Below are positions 19,698-29,725 of a stretch of DNA of 64,000 nucleotides, piece after piece. Below the pieces are notes generated by a model. It searched no databases and had not been told where the DNA came from. It saw nothing but the letters and a program-made list of their open reading frames with translations. Origin of the DNA: an uncultured Verrucomicrobiae bacterium (GTDB lineage: Bacteria; Chlamydiota; Chlamydiia; Chlamydiales; Rhabdochlamydiaceae). Within the stretch, counting starts at the first letter, position 1, and the number at the start of each line of letters is the position of its first letter. The translations under genes and the position numbers were made by a program. The stretch is from the NCBI GenBank assembly GCA_963806855.1, contig CAWDYW010000001.1, forward strand, positions 32,001 to 96,000. The letters are read 5' to 3'.

Positions 19698-22600
19698 ATG
19701 TCGACGATAAGCGCTTCTGAATTAATCCAACGGCTCGATCAATACAAAGATGCACCTAGGACCGACCTTAAAGGAACACTCGCCTTTAAAGAGAGTAAAA
19801 GAGCTCTAAAAGCGATGGCGAAAAAAGAGGAGGAACTTTCAGAAACGGAGAGGGACTCGATTTTAAAGATTCTTCAAGGGAAAGGGTTTTTCAAGAATAC
19901 GCAGGGCTATTGTTCGACCGAGGTTCTCTTTACCTATCCGAAGTTTTGGAAAATTCTCCATCATCCTCTCGATTTTCCTGAAGAATCAAAAGCACTCGCC
20001 TCGTTGCCCTCTTATTTGTTTCGAGATTTTATCACCTTTGTAATGCCAGGGCGTCCCCCAAGTTGTAGTATACATGAGCTGATCGCGCTCACTCAAACAG
20101 CTACTCTTCTAGATATCCCAAGCTTTGAAAAAATCTTTAAGACTGCGCTGACAGATAATGCTGCATTAACAAATGGCTCTTTGAGCGTCGATTCTTTTTA
20201 TTTTCTCTCAACACTTTTACCTGCAGGGAAAGTGAATGCTCCGTCTGAATTAAAAGAATTATTGCCAGAACATCCAGAGAGGGGAGAGATTGCAAAAGAG
20301 TATGCTCTCTTTAAAAGAATGATCGATGGCTCATTTGCAGAAGAAAAGGGAAATCTAGATCCTGAACAGCTCTACCGTTTCTTTTTATTTCTTGGTCAAT
20401 CCTATCATTCAATGCCCCTTGGCCAAGAGGTATTTGATCTCCTCCTTACTCAATTGATCAGTGGAAAGCTCGACGTCAAATATGCTCAAGGGCTGATCTC
20501 TATCGGGCAGAATTCGGGAGCTTTACATGAGCGTTTGAAACGTGACAAACTCACTTTCGTTTTAGACAAGAGCGGAGAAACCTCAGTTTCTCTTTGGCCG
20601 CTGTTTATGAAGAGCGACTTTGTCCATCGTTTTTTGAGATCTGGGATGAAAGAAGAAAGGAAAATTAAGTTAGAAGGCAACAAAGCTAACGTCTTCTTCC
20701 TATTCTATGATCTATGGATAAAGGGCAAAGGGGTCGATCTCGATGCCCTTTCTGTCGACCAGTTGATCGGTCTATTGGAATGCATCGCTTTTTTCCAGCC
20801 AAAAGATTTTGCCGAGACCAAATCAAATATTGTCAATGCGCTTCTCAATAATAGCGATGATTCTGCTGAAAGCATTGCGGCTCTTGCCGAATTGGACAGT
20901 GTGATCCCGTGTAGAGAACTGGTAGGGCGTATCGTCTCCTGGTTAATAAATTTGCCGTTTCTTTCAATTGAGGGCAATCAGATTACTGTGGACCTACGAA
21001 ATCTCCCTTCTTTTACAGATCTGATGGGGGAATTAGAGTTTTAAAGGCCTTTAAAGAACGCTTTTCTTTAAAAGGCGTTCTAGCTGATAAAGATTTTCAC
21101 TTGCAACTGCTCTGCGCTCTCTATGTCGGCAATGAGCTCGGATTTCAGGGGAAAGAGGTGTTTGAACAACTAGCACCCAATGTGCCCATTTTTGAAGAAG
21201 CGAGTCTTGGAGTCCCCGTGATGTTGTTTATATTTTAAGAGAATTGGGCGACCCATTATTTACCCATATTCAGAAGCGGGTCTGAATCCCGTTATTATTG
21301 CTCCCATTTCTGGCGGAAAGTTTACGATCTGATAAAAGACCAAACAATAATCTCCCTTAGAGAAGAAGCGGCAGCATTCGCAGCGTTGGTTGAAAATCCA
21401 CGTGGACTTTCTGCACAACAATTGCCCAGTTTTCTTCATTATGTCATGCGGAATGAGGCGGATGTACAAACTCTCAGTGAAGCAATCGGAAAGATGATTG
21501 TAGAAAAACAGATCGATTTTGATCAGCTTAAAAATAGTGTGGAAGATTGTCTGCAATTTTTCCCAGAGAAAGCTGAATGGTTAAATCGGTTGAGAATACC
21601 AGTTCAAGTCGGGAAGGAACTATACCCCGACTCGCCCAAAAGTGTGAATTTGGACCCACGCGAAAGCTCTCGCGGTTCAGCTGTTTTTCCGAGGGTAGTA
21701 TCGAATATATACAACCCTCGGAAAACAGTTGAACCCGAGGCTTTGGCGCGGTCCACATTAACACTTTTGGGCGAGTCGGGGTATAATTCTGTAATGATCC
21801 TGCTTCCTTTATTCGTCAAGTTACAACAGGGTCGCGAAATTTGCTCTGAAGGCAAAATGGTCAGCATCTATCCGAGCAGAGCTTTGCAATGGGCTGTCGA
21901 TTTTATAGAAACTAGCCTTATTAAAAAAGTCTTTACCTCCCATGGAAGTGAAAGATCTTACTCCGGGCCATTTCCAAGCATTGACAATGTTGCAAAAAGA
22001 TGTTTTTCGTTCTACCGAATACCCGTTCCCAAATCAGACCAAAGAGATCTGTCATTTAGTCGATGCATTTCCGAAAGAAACATTGCCTGCTGCCGCTGCC
22101 TGGGCAGCTCCAAATGAATGCCGCAGATTTCTTGATGGATGTTTAGAATCGTATTGTGGCAGTGAATCTCTGAAATCTAGGTATGTCTGCACAAGCCTTC
22201 TGCTTACATCACTGGGTGAAAAGCCTCTGAAAATGTTAGAAGCAATTGGGCAAGAAGTTAGGTCCTTAATTATTATCGGTTTTGAACCACATGCCGATGT
22301 CGTTGAAAATCCTTGGGAAAAAATTGTCAATTCCTGTCCAAAACTAGTTGCTCTAGCACTTTATCTAGAGGGAGTTCCAAAACTGGAAACTTTTCCTTTC
22401 GACCGCTTAAGCAACCTCACGAGTCTCTTGATTGATCTTCAAGATGTCACATCCTGGAATCCCTTATGCCAGTTGAAGATCCCACCATCTTTAGAATCAT
22501 TTAAGCTTTCTGGAGAGATCGAAAGTATTATAGAGGCCAATGCATATGAGCTTTTCAGAAATTTGCCTGCTAAAGGTGTCATTCTCGATCTCGATTTTGA

Positions 22601-23066
22601 ATCAGATAAAAAAGTTGAGCCATCTGGGATCCTGAGCGGTCTTTGGAATATGTGGGGAAGCGATCCGATTCAAGCCATTTTTTCAAATTTAAACCATTGT
22701 ACTGACCTCTCGCTTGGAAGGAAAAGTGCAGGTGGTCTAAATTATGTTGCTAAAAATATTCCTCATCTTAAGAGCTTAAAAGTCGTATATGAAAATCATT
22801 ATCCAACAATTGAAGAAATACAGACTCTATTGGCTAGATCGACCGATCTACAAACATGTGGATTTGAAATTACGTTATTTGGCAAAAACCCAGCTGTAGA
22901 GGAACTCGGTAGCTACTTAGAGGCTTTAAATAATCTGAGAAATTGTAATCTAAAAATCAATCTCGGTGGAGCATATGATAAAAAATTGGACAATCAAATC
23001 CCCGAAAGGTCTCAGCAAGATGGTTTACCGATGATTTCCTTTAGGTTTAATTCTTATTTACTATGA
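19698..23066 (+). CDS. Large BTB/POZ-repeat plus LRR-like candidate effector, broken into several ORFs and carrying a family A insertion
   Basis: BTB-like PLFMKSDFVHRFLRSGMKEERKIKL; LRR-like CPKLVALAL, LSNLTSLLI, IPHLKSLKV; ORFs 19698-21044, 21386-22117 and 21942-23066 are collinear. Confidence 0.6.
21621..21785. mobile_element. Palindromic element family A (MITE/RPE-like), full copy
   Basis: Termini tataccccgactcgcccaaaagtgt and acacttttgggcgagtcggggtata, nested internal stems; near-identical reverse complement of 58419-58585. Confidence 0.92.
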
Positions 23067-24026
23067 CTCTAGCACATAGTTGAAGATCAGCGGCGCGACG
23101 ATTGTCGCATCCGATTCGATGACGAAGCTTGGAGTGTCGACCCCCAATTTGCCCCAGGTGATCTTCTCGTTGGGGACGGCCCCGCTGTAGGAGCCGAAGG
23201 AGGTGGTGCTGTCGCTGATTTGGCAGAAATAGCTCCAGAGGGGCGCCTCTTCGTGCATGTCTTTGTTGATCAGGGGGACGACGCAGATGGGGAAGTCACC
23301 CGAAATACCGCCCGCGACTTGGAAAAACCCTACCGGGGCATCGGCGGAAATCTTTTTATACCAGTCGATGACCGCGGCCATGAGTTCGAGCCCCGATTTC
23401 ACCGTATCAAAGCGCTTGAGATCTTTTTTGACTACGTAGGAAACAAAGCAGTTGCCTGTCGTAGAATCTTCCCAGCCAGGGACAAAGATGGGGAGGTTTT
23501 TCTCATAGGCAGCGAGGAGCCATGAATTTTTCGGATCGGTCTCGTAGTGGGGCTCGAGCTCTTTTGTCGCAAGCAATTGATAGAGATATTCGTAGGGGAA
23601 GCAGCGCTTATTTTCTGCTTCAGCATTTTTCCAAAGTTGAAGCAATTTTTTTTCAAAGCGGCGCATCGCCTCCTCTTCTGGAATGCAGGTATCGGTCACG
23701 CGGGGCATGCACTGGTCATGGAGGGCGAGCTCTTCTTCTTTGGTGAGGGAGCGGTAGTTGGGAAGGCGGCGGTAGTGGGTATGGGCGATCAGGTTGTAGA
23801 GATCCTCTTCGAGGTTGGCCCCGGTGCAGCAGATCGCATGCACTTTGTCTTGCCGGATCATTTCGGCCAAAGAGATGCCCAGCTCAGCGGTGCTCATCGC
23901 GCCACCGAGGGTCACGAGCATTTTTCCACCCGATTTCAGATGGCTGGCCCATCCTTCAGCTGCTGCGACACAGGTAGCAGCGTTGAAGTGTTTGTAGTTC
24001 TTTTGCATGAATTTTTTAATGCTCAT
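23061..24026 (-). CDS. Deoxyhypusine synthase-like protein (probable homospermidine synthesis)
   Basis: TLGGAMSTAELG, CTGANLEED, SYSGAVPNEKITWGK, ESDATIVAPL. Confidence 0.92.
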   Translation of the reverse strand: MSIKKFMQKNYKHFNAATCVAAAEGWASHLKSGGKMLVTLGGAMSTAELGISLAEMIRQDKVHAICCTGANLEEDLYNLIAHTHYRRLPNYRSLTKEEELALHDQCMPRVTDTCIPEEEAMRRFEKKLLQLWKNAEAENKRCFPYEYLYQLLATKELEPHYETDPKNSWLLAAYEKNLPIFVPGWEDSTTGNCFVSYVVKKDLKRFDTVKSGLELMAAVIDWYKKISADAPVGFFQVAGGISGDFPICVVPLINKDMHEEAPLWSYFCQISDSTTSFGSYSGAVPNEKITWGKLGVDTPSFVIESDATIVAPLIFNYVLES

Positions 24027-25608
24027 AGCGGGCCTTCAAATAAGTATGACTGTTGAGAGCTTGTTTAAAATGCTTTTTTAATTTCGCCGAGTCTTTTTTC
24101 GAGATGTTTCGTTTTGCGGAGATCCGATCGATCAACGCCTGGGGATCACATTGGATCGAGCGGAGCATCTCTTTGATGTTGTCGCTCGAAATTTCATTGG
24201 TGATTTCCCACTCGCCGTTTTGGTTGAGATCAATGTGGACGGCATTGGTATTGCCAAAGAGATTGTGCCGCGCACCGAGAATTTCTTGATAAGCGCCGGC
24301 GAGAAAGACGCCGATGTAATAGGGGCGGGAATCGAGCTTATGCAGAGCGAGAAAATCGGAGGGTTTTTCACTCTGGATGAAGTGGTCGAGCTTGCCATCG
24401 CTATCGCATGTAAGGTCGACGATCTTCGCCCGCTGCTTGGCCTCTTCATTGAGGCGGCAGATCGGCAGCACAGGAAAGATTTGGCCGATCGCCCATGAAT
24501 CGGGCAGCGATTGGAAGATGGAAAAATTGCAGAAATAGAGGTCGTTCTCAGAGGTGCTTAAAATTTCGGCAATTAAAATCGAATGGTGGGCTACCATCGC
24601 CCTGCCCGATTCGCTTAAGATTACCGGGTGGGCAATCGAGTGCTTATCGCAGGCCCCGCCGATGATCGAAATGACGTTTTTCGCATATTCTTGGAGCTGA
24701 TAATTGACCGAAAAATCGGCTGTGGTTCCGGTCCCCTGATAGTCGACGGCAAGTCCTCCGCCAATATCAAAATAGGACAGAGAGGGGCAACTCTTGGCCA
24801 GGTGGACATACATATTGGCCGCTTCGTGCAGACCTTTTTGAATGGAGCTGAGGGATGTGATTTGGCTGCCAATATGAAAGTGAAACAGTTTGAGCCAGTT
24901 GGTTTTGCCCCATTTCTTTAATTTTTCAACCCCCTTTTCGATCTCATCTATGCTTAATCCAAATTTGGAGTGGTCTCCACCTGACGATTTCCACCTGCCG
25001 CTTCCTTGGGCATGCAGCTTCATCCTAAAGCCCACTTCGGGCTCGACTTCATGTTTTGCGGCGATTTTCCGGATGAGGTCTAGTTCATCCGCTTGTTCAA
25101 CTACGATGATGCACCGATGGCCTAGTTTGCGGCTAAGCAGAGCCAATTCGATATACTCTGCATCTTTAAAGCCATTGCATAAGATCAGCGACCCTTTGAC
25201 CTGTCGGAAATTGAAGGAGGCCAATAACTCCCCTTTGCTGCCCACTTCGAGGCCGAGGCCATATTTTTTTCCGGCTTTCTGCAGCGTTTCCACAATGTGC
25301 TTTTGGGGATTGACTTTGATGGGATAAATCGGTTGGTAGCAGTTGCGGTAGCCACAGGCATTGATCGCCTCTTGGAAGGATGAGCAAATTTTTTCCACCC
25401 GATCTTTCAGAATGCCATCGAAGCGGATCAACACCGGCGCTGCAATCCCTTTGCGATCAAGAGCTTGAACAAGATTATAGAGATCTAGCCCCTTCTCTTT
25501 TTGACCTGGATAGACAACGATATGCCCCTTTTCATTAATGTCGAAATAATCTCTTCCCCAATTGGCAATTCGATAGATTTTCTTATTTTTAGAAACGTTT
25601 TTATTCAT
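24016..25608 (-). CDS. speA: Biosynthetic arginine decarboxylase (short form)
   Basis: YPIKVN PLP lysine, GLEVGSK, CNGFKD, HFHIGSQI, ESGRA, NFSIFQSLPD, TCDSDG. Confidence 0.92.
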   Translation of the reverse strand: MNKNVSKNKKIYRIANWGRDYFDINEKGHIVVYPGQKEKGLDLYNLVQALDRKGIAAPVLIRFDGILKDRVEKICSSFQEAINACGYRNCYQPIYPIKVNPQKHIVETLQKAGKKYGLGLEVGSKGELLASFNFRQVKGSLILCNGFKDAEYIELALLSRKLGHRCIIVVEQADELDLIRKIAAKHEVEPEVGFRMKLHAQGSGRWKSSGGDHSKFGLSIDEIEKGVEKLKKWGKTNWLKLFHFHIGSQITSLSSIQKGLHEAANMYVHLAKSCPSLSYFDIGGGLAVDYQGTGTTADFSVNYQLQEYAKNVISIIGGACDKHSIAHPVILSESGRAMVAHHSILIAEILSTSENDLYFCNFSIFQSLPDSWAIGQIFPVLPICRLNEEAKQRAKIVDLTCDSDGKLDHFIQSEKPSDFLALHKLDSRPYYIGVFLAGAYQEILGARHNLFGNTNAVHIDLNQNGEWEITNEISSDNIKEMLRSIQCDPQALIDRISAKRNISKKDSAKLKKHFKQALNSHTYLKARYEH

Positions 25609-25668
25609 ATTTATTAATTAACATATAATTACATTTGGTGTATATAAAAATATAAGGACGCATTTTTT

Positions 25669-26520
25669 ATGGAAAATCAGAGCCGCGGGGTAAAAGGAAC
25701 CTATTTGGGTAGTCAAACCCCACTAGAACTTGCCAAAATCGTCATCCTCCCCATCCCTTTTGACCAAACAGCGACTTATCAGCCAGGGACAGCCAAGGGA
25801 CCAGCAGCACTCATCGAAGCTTCCCGCAGCCTCGAGTTTTACGATGTTGAAACTAAAGGACAACCCTACAAGAAAGGGATCCATACAGCCAAAGCGATCA
25901 AAGCCTCAAATTCGACCAAAATGCTCACTCGCACCTATGAAGCAGCCCACACGTTTTTAAAACAGGGCAAATTTGTGGTCGGGATTGGGGGTGAACATTC
26001 GATTACCCCGGCGCTGGTGAAAGCGCATGCCCAAATTTACGATTCGTTCTCGGTGCTTCAATTTGACGCCCATGCCGATCTAATCTCGACCTATGGTGGA
26101 AATCCCTTGAGCCACGCCTGTGCCATGGCGCGGGTCAAAGAGATTAAGGAGGTTTCCCACATTGTCTCGGTTGGCATACGGAGTATGTGCGCTGAAGAGG
26201 CCCCTCTGCTCGATCTCCCCCACACTTTTTTCGCTCACGCCCTTCAAGATGACTGGGTTGACCGAGTGGTCGAAAGCCTTGGGGAGCGGGTCTATATCAC
26301 GTTTGATCTCGACGCCTTTGACTGCTCGCTGATGCCCTCAACGGGAACTCCGGAGCCGGGGGGACTATTTTGGGATCAGGCAATGAAGCTGCTAAAGAAG
26401 GTGGCCGAAAAGAGACAGATCATCGGGTTTGACGTGATGGAACTTCGCCCGATTAAGGGACTCTGGGCGCCTGACTACGTTGCCGCCAAGCTGGTCTACA
26501 AAATACTAGGCTATATCTAA
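25669..26520 (+). CDS. speB: Agmatinase
   Basis: GGEHSIT, FDAHADL, FDLDAFD...TGTPEPGG ureohydrolase motifs; divergent from speA. Confidence 0.93.
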   Translation: MENQSRGVKGTYLGSQTPLELAKIVILPIPFDQTATYQPGTAKGPAALIEASRSLEFYDVETKGQPYKKGIHTAKAIKASNSTKMLTRTYEAAHTFLKQGKFVVGIGGEHSITPALVKAHAQIYDSFSVLQFDAHADLISTYGGNPLSHACAMARVKEIKEVSHIVSVGIRSMCAEEAPLLDLPHTFFAHALQDDWVDRVVESLGERVYITFDLDAFDCSLMPSTGTPEPGGLFWDQAMKLLKKVAEKRQIIGFDVMELRPIKGLWAPDYVAAKLVYKILGYI

Positions 26521-29229
26521 TTTCTTCAGACTTAAGGGTTGAATCTCTTGCATCAATGGATCGTCCTTTAATTCCTGTTTGATCACCACGTCGACGAGGC
26601 TCTTTAAGTTTAAAATGCCAATTTCATAGATGACCGCTGCGGAGAGGGCAGGGATAAAACAGTTGGTAGTGTAGTCCTTGACCTTTAGTAATAGCTCTTT
26701 AATTTCAACCTCATCCGAAGTCCCTTCAATTTCTTGTTTGTAGGGGAAATAGTTCAACTGTTCGATCAGCAGCCTCTGATCCTTCATTTCGAGGGTTTGC
26801 AAAAGGAGCTCAACTGCATTGCTATTCATCTCCTCTTCTTCTAGAGAAAGGCCGAGCTTGGCCTGCATAATTGCATCTTCCGGATAAACGAAAGCCAGCA
26901 AGAAAAAGCAGCACTCTTGAGAGAGCTCAATTTCGCGACAAAGAAAGTCGTGGAGGATCTTCATCTTTTCAAAATGAAAGGGGATGATCATCTCCTTTAG
27001 GAAAAGAATATTTTCGTTTTCGGACTCAAGCAATTTTTGAATCATCTCCTCATCTGTTGCCCGATAGGAGAGCCTCTTTAGCGCTTGCAAAACCGAGGGC
27101 ATTAATCTCCGATTGGCAGTCGGGAGCAACTTCTCTAAAAATTCGATCGGGTTACCCTCTTTTATAAATCCAAGAATAGTGACCAAATGGATTTGCAAGC
27201 GATGAGCAAATCGGTCGAATTCTTTGACAATATAGTCGAGGATCCCTTTTCCAGAAGAACTGAGAGCTTTCATAGCAGAATCATGGACATGGGGAACTTC
27301 CAAGTTTTCGATCAGCGCATGATAGAGCCTAGAATCGGATAGATGCATAGACGCCTGCGCAGCTGCGTCGCGCACTTCAAGACTTGCATCTTGGAGAAGA
27401 TCCAATAGGATCTCAGCCTTGCCGGGAGCGACGACAGGTTTTAACACCTGCGCCACCATGATTCTCTCATCTTCTCTCAGCGATTTAGCTTTCTCTTTGA
27501 GCAGGTTGACTGCTTCATTTTTCTCTGCCGGTGAACCATAGCAGAGGAGGGCAATCAGACATGCTTGGACAACTTCCAAATTGGGATCATGCAGATACTG
27601 CTTAAACCAAGCAAATTGCTTCAAATCAGCTGTTGCTGCCAGAGCCAAAAGGGCTGCTCCTAAAACAGATGGAATTTTTTCACTTTGACAGAGCGTGCTT
27701 AATCGACCCTCAAAACCTTTCATCCGTTTCTGCTCGATTTTATTCAACGAATAGATGCGCACTTGCTCTAGCGGGCTATTTAGCGATTGCTCGAGGAGCT
27801 TAACAAACTCAACCGGATCCACATTTTCTATCGTCCCGAGCACGTAGATCGCCTCCTCGGGATAGATACTCTGCAAATGGCTTTTCAGAACATTCAAACT
27901 GTCTTTTGTCAACTTGGTAAATTGGGGATTGGAGGTCACCCTCTTGGAGAGCGAATCCATCAGCAAAACTAGATAACCCTTCTTTAATACAAAAAGAACT
28001 AAAGCGATTCCAGCAACAGATAATCCGATAATCATCAAGGCCATAACCGATAACGCAATCCCAAAATACTTTTCGACAATGATTAATATGGCACCGATGA
28101 CTGCGGTAGCTAAAGGGGTGATGATTGTTTCATTTTTAAGTTGCGCCCAGGCTCGCGGTATCGGCCGGAGCGGCTGAAAAAGGAGAAGAGTTGACTGATC
28201 GGTGATCGCTTCACGGAAAGTCACATCGAATATGGCTGTAATTGTAATAATCGAAAAACCCATTCCAGCGAAAGATGGAACCAGGTGGATCACCATCACA
28301 GCGCTAAGTAAGATAACAAGGCCAAGAGGCCAAAAGATCAACGCCGTGATGAGACCAAAATGGGAAAGGAGCCACGTTGCAATCACAAACCCGGCAAACA
28401 AAGCGACGACATCGTAAATTGCAAAAAGAATGCCGAAAAAGACCGCCATTTCATTTTGCGTCGGAAACTTTTTTTGTACAGCAGTGTTAAACAACAGATC
28501 AAAAGAGTAGTAGATAAAAAGGGCCAAAATCGTAAATAGGAATACCTGTAGGATGTATTTTTTGTTTTTAAAACTTTTCCAAGAGGCCTTAGATGCGATC
28601 ACTTCTTCTTCTATCTGGAGCAATTTTCCAGAAGAATTTTTTCTAATCCGAAATTGCATTAAAAAGGCGAAAGTTAAAATCAAAGCGGCAAGCAAAATCA
28701 GGTGGTTCGATCCGACGGTTCGCACCAGAAAATCCATCCCGAACCCTATCAGAACGCCACCCGTAGCAATCCCCCCAAACAATACTCCATAAATCCGTTT
28801 ACTTTGTTGAAATGTGAACAGTTGATTAATCAAAAGCATCGTGATGCTGATGATCAGCGAGCCAATCAACATAGCCCAGATGAGGAGCGAGATAAAAATG
28901 ATCGGAGTAGAAAAAGTCTGTAGTAATCCCCAGAAGAGATACAAAGAGGCGGAAAAAATCGCGATGGGGATTGCTAAAACATAAAAAACAGAAGCCCTTC
29001 TTTCTAAATAACCAAACGCAATGCCCACTAGAAATGTCGCAACCCCTGCAGCGACATAGATCTGGGGAAGGAAAGAGCTGCTGTAGCGGCTTAAAAACAT
29101 CGCCAGAGGGATACTGAATAAGATATTTTGAGCGGCTCCGATGCAAATTGCAAAGATAAAGGAAAGGAAGACAATTTTTGCTTCCCTAGGCCTTACCCGG
29201 ATGAATTTGAGCAGTTTAGACTTATTCAT
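26506..29229 (-). CDS. MFS/NTT-like membrane domain fused to HEAT repeats
   Basis: About 12 TM segments in the N-terminal ~420 aa, then repeats such as LHDPNLEV and LQDASLEVRDAAA; coupled to a cNMP-binding gene. Confidence 0.8.
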   Translation of the reverse strand: MNKSKLLKFIRVRPREAKIVFLSFIFAICIGAAQNILFSIPLAMFLSRYSSSFLPQIYVAAGVATFLVGIAFGYLERRASVFYVLAIPIAIFSASLYLFWGLLQTFSTPIIFISLLIWAMLIGSLIISITMLLINQLFTFQQSKRIYGVLFGGIATGGVLIGFGMDFLVRTVGSNHLILLAALILTFAFLMQFRIRKNSSGKLLQIEEEVIASKASWKSFKNKKYILQVFLFTILALFIYYSFDLLFNTAVQKKFPTQNEMAVFFGILFAIYDVVALFAGFVIATWLLSHFGLITALIFWPLGLVILLSAVMVIHLVPSFAGMGFSIITITAIFDVTFREAITDQSTLLLFQPLRPIPRAWAQLKNETIITPLATAVIGAILIIVEKYFGIALSVMALMIIGLSVAGIALVLFVLKKGYLVLLMDSLSKRVTSNPQFTKLTKDSLNVLKSHLQSIYPEEAIYVLGTIENVDPVEFVKLLEQSLNSPLEQVRIYSLNKIEQKRMKGFEGRLSTLCQSEKIPSVLGAALLALAATADLKQFAWFKQYLHDPNLEVVQACLIALLCYGSPAEKNEAVNLLKEKAKSLREDERIMVAQVLKPVVAPGKAEILLDLLQDASLEVRDAAAQASMHLSDSRLYHALIENLEVPHVHDSAMKALSSSGKGILDYIVKEFDRFAHRLQIHLVTILGFIKEGNPIEFLEKLLPTANRRLMPSVLQALKRLSYRATDEEMIQKLLESENENILFLKEMIIPFHFEKMKILHDFLCREIELSQECCFFLLAFVYPEDAIMQAKLGLSLEEEEMNSNAVELLLQTLEMKDQRLLIEQLNYFPYKQEIEGTSDEVEIKELLLKVKDYTTNCFIPALSAAVIYEIGILNLKSLVDVVIKQELKDDPLMQEIQPLSLKKLDIA

Positions 29230-29662
29230 GTGAATCGAGAGCTTTATTTAAATCACCCGCAATCGAACGGGTCCGTTGGCAAAGAACCTGGATAATCCCC
29301 TTAGCGAGCTCAATCTGCATCTCCATCAAATCGTAGAGCGCCATGCTATTGATTTTTAATAGAAAGGTCTCATCAAGAGCAGTCACCGAAGCGATCCTCT
29401 TTTCTGGAGAAAGGGCTGCCAGCTCCCCAAAGACCTCATGCGGCCCCAATTCCTTCAAAAGGCGCTCCTCATCATGTACTTTGACTTTCCCCTCAACAAT
29501 CATGAACATCTCCGTGCCAAGGGCCCCTTTCTGAATGATGAGTTCTCCCGGTTTTACTAGTTGCTCCTCGAGGATCGAAGCGATCGAGACTAAAATTTCA
29601 TCTTTCACATATTTGAAGAGGGGCATCGATTTGAGAAAAAGCATTTTTTCAAAGGTGTCCAT
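29222..29662 (-). CDS. Cyclic nucleotide-binding domain protein
   Basis: GELIIQKG...MFMIVEGKVKV...FGELAAL...RIASV. Confidence 0.92.
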   Translation of the reverse strand: MDTFEKMLFLKSMPLFKYVKDEILVSIASILEEQLVKPGELIIQKGALGTEMFMIVEGKVKVHDEERLLKELGPHEVFGELAALSPEKRIASVTALDETFLLKINSMALYDLMEMQIELAKGIIQVLCQRTRSIAGDLNKALDSHE

Positions 29663-29725
29663 AAGATGGTGTTATAAATATTTTTTCACTGCCAGTCAAT
29701 AGAATATTCGGTTATTCTTATCCCT

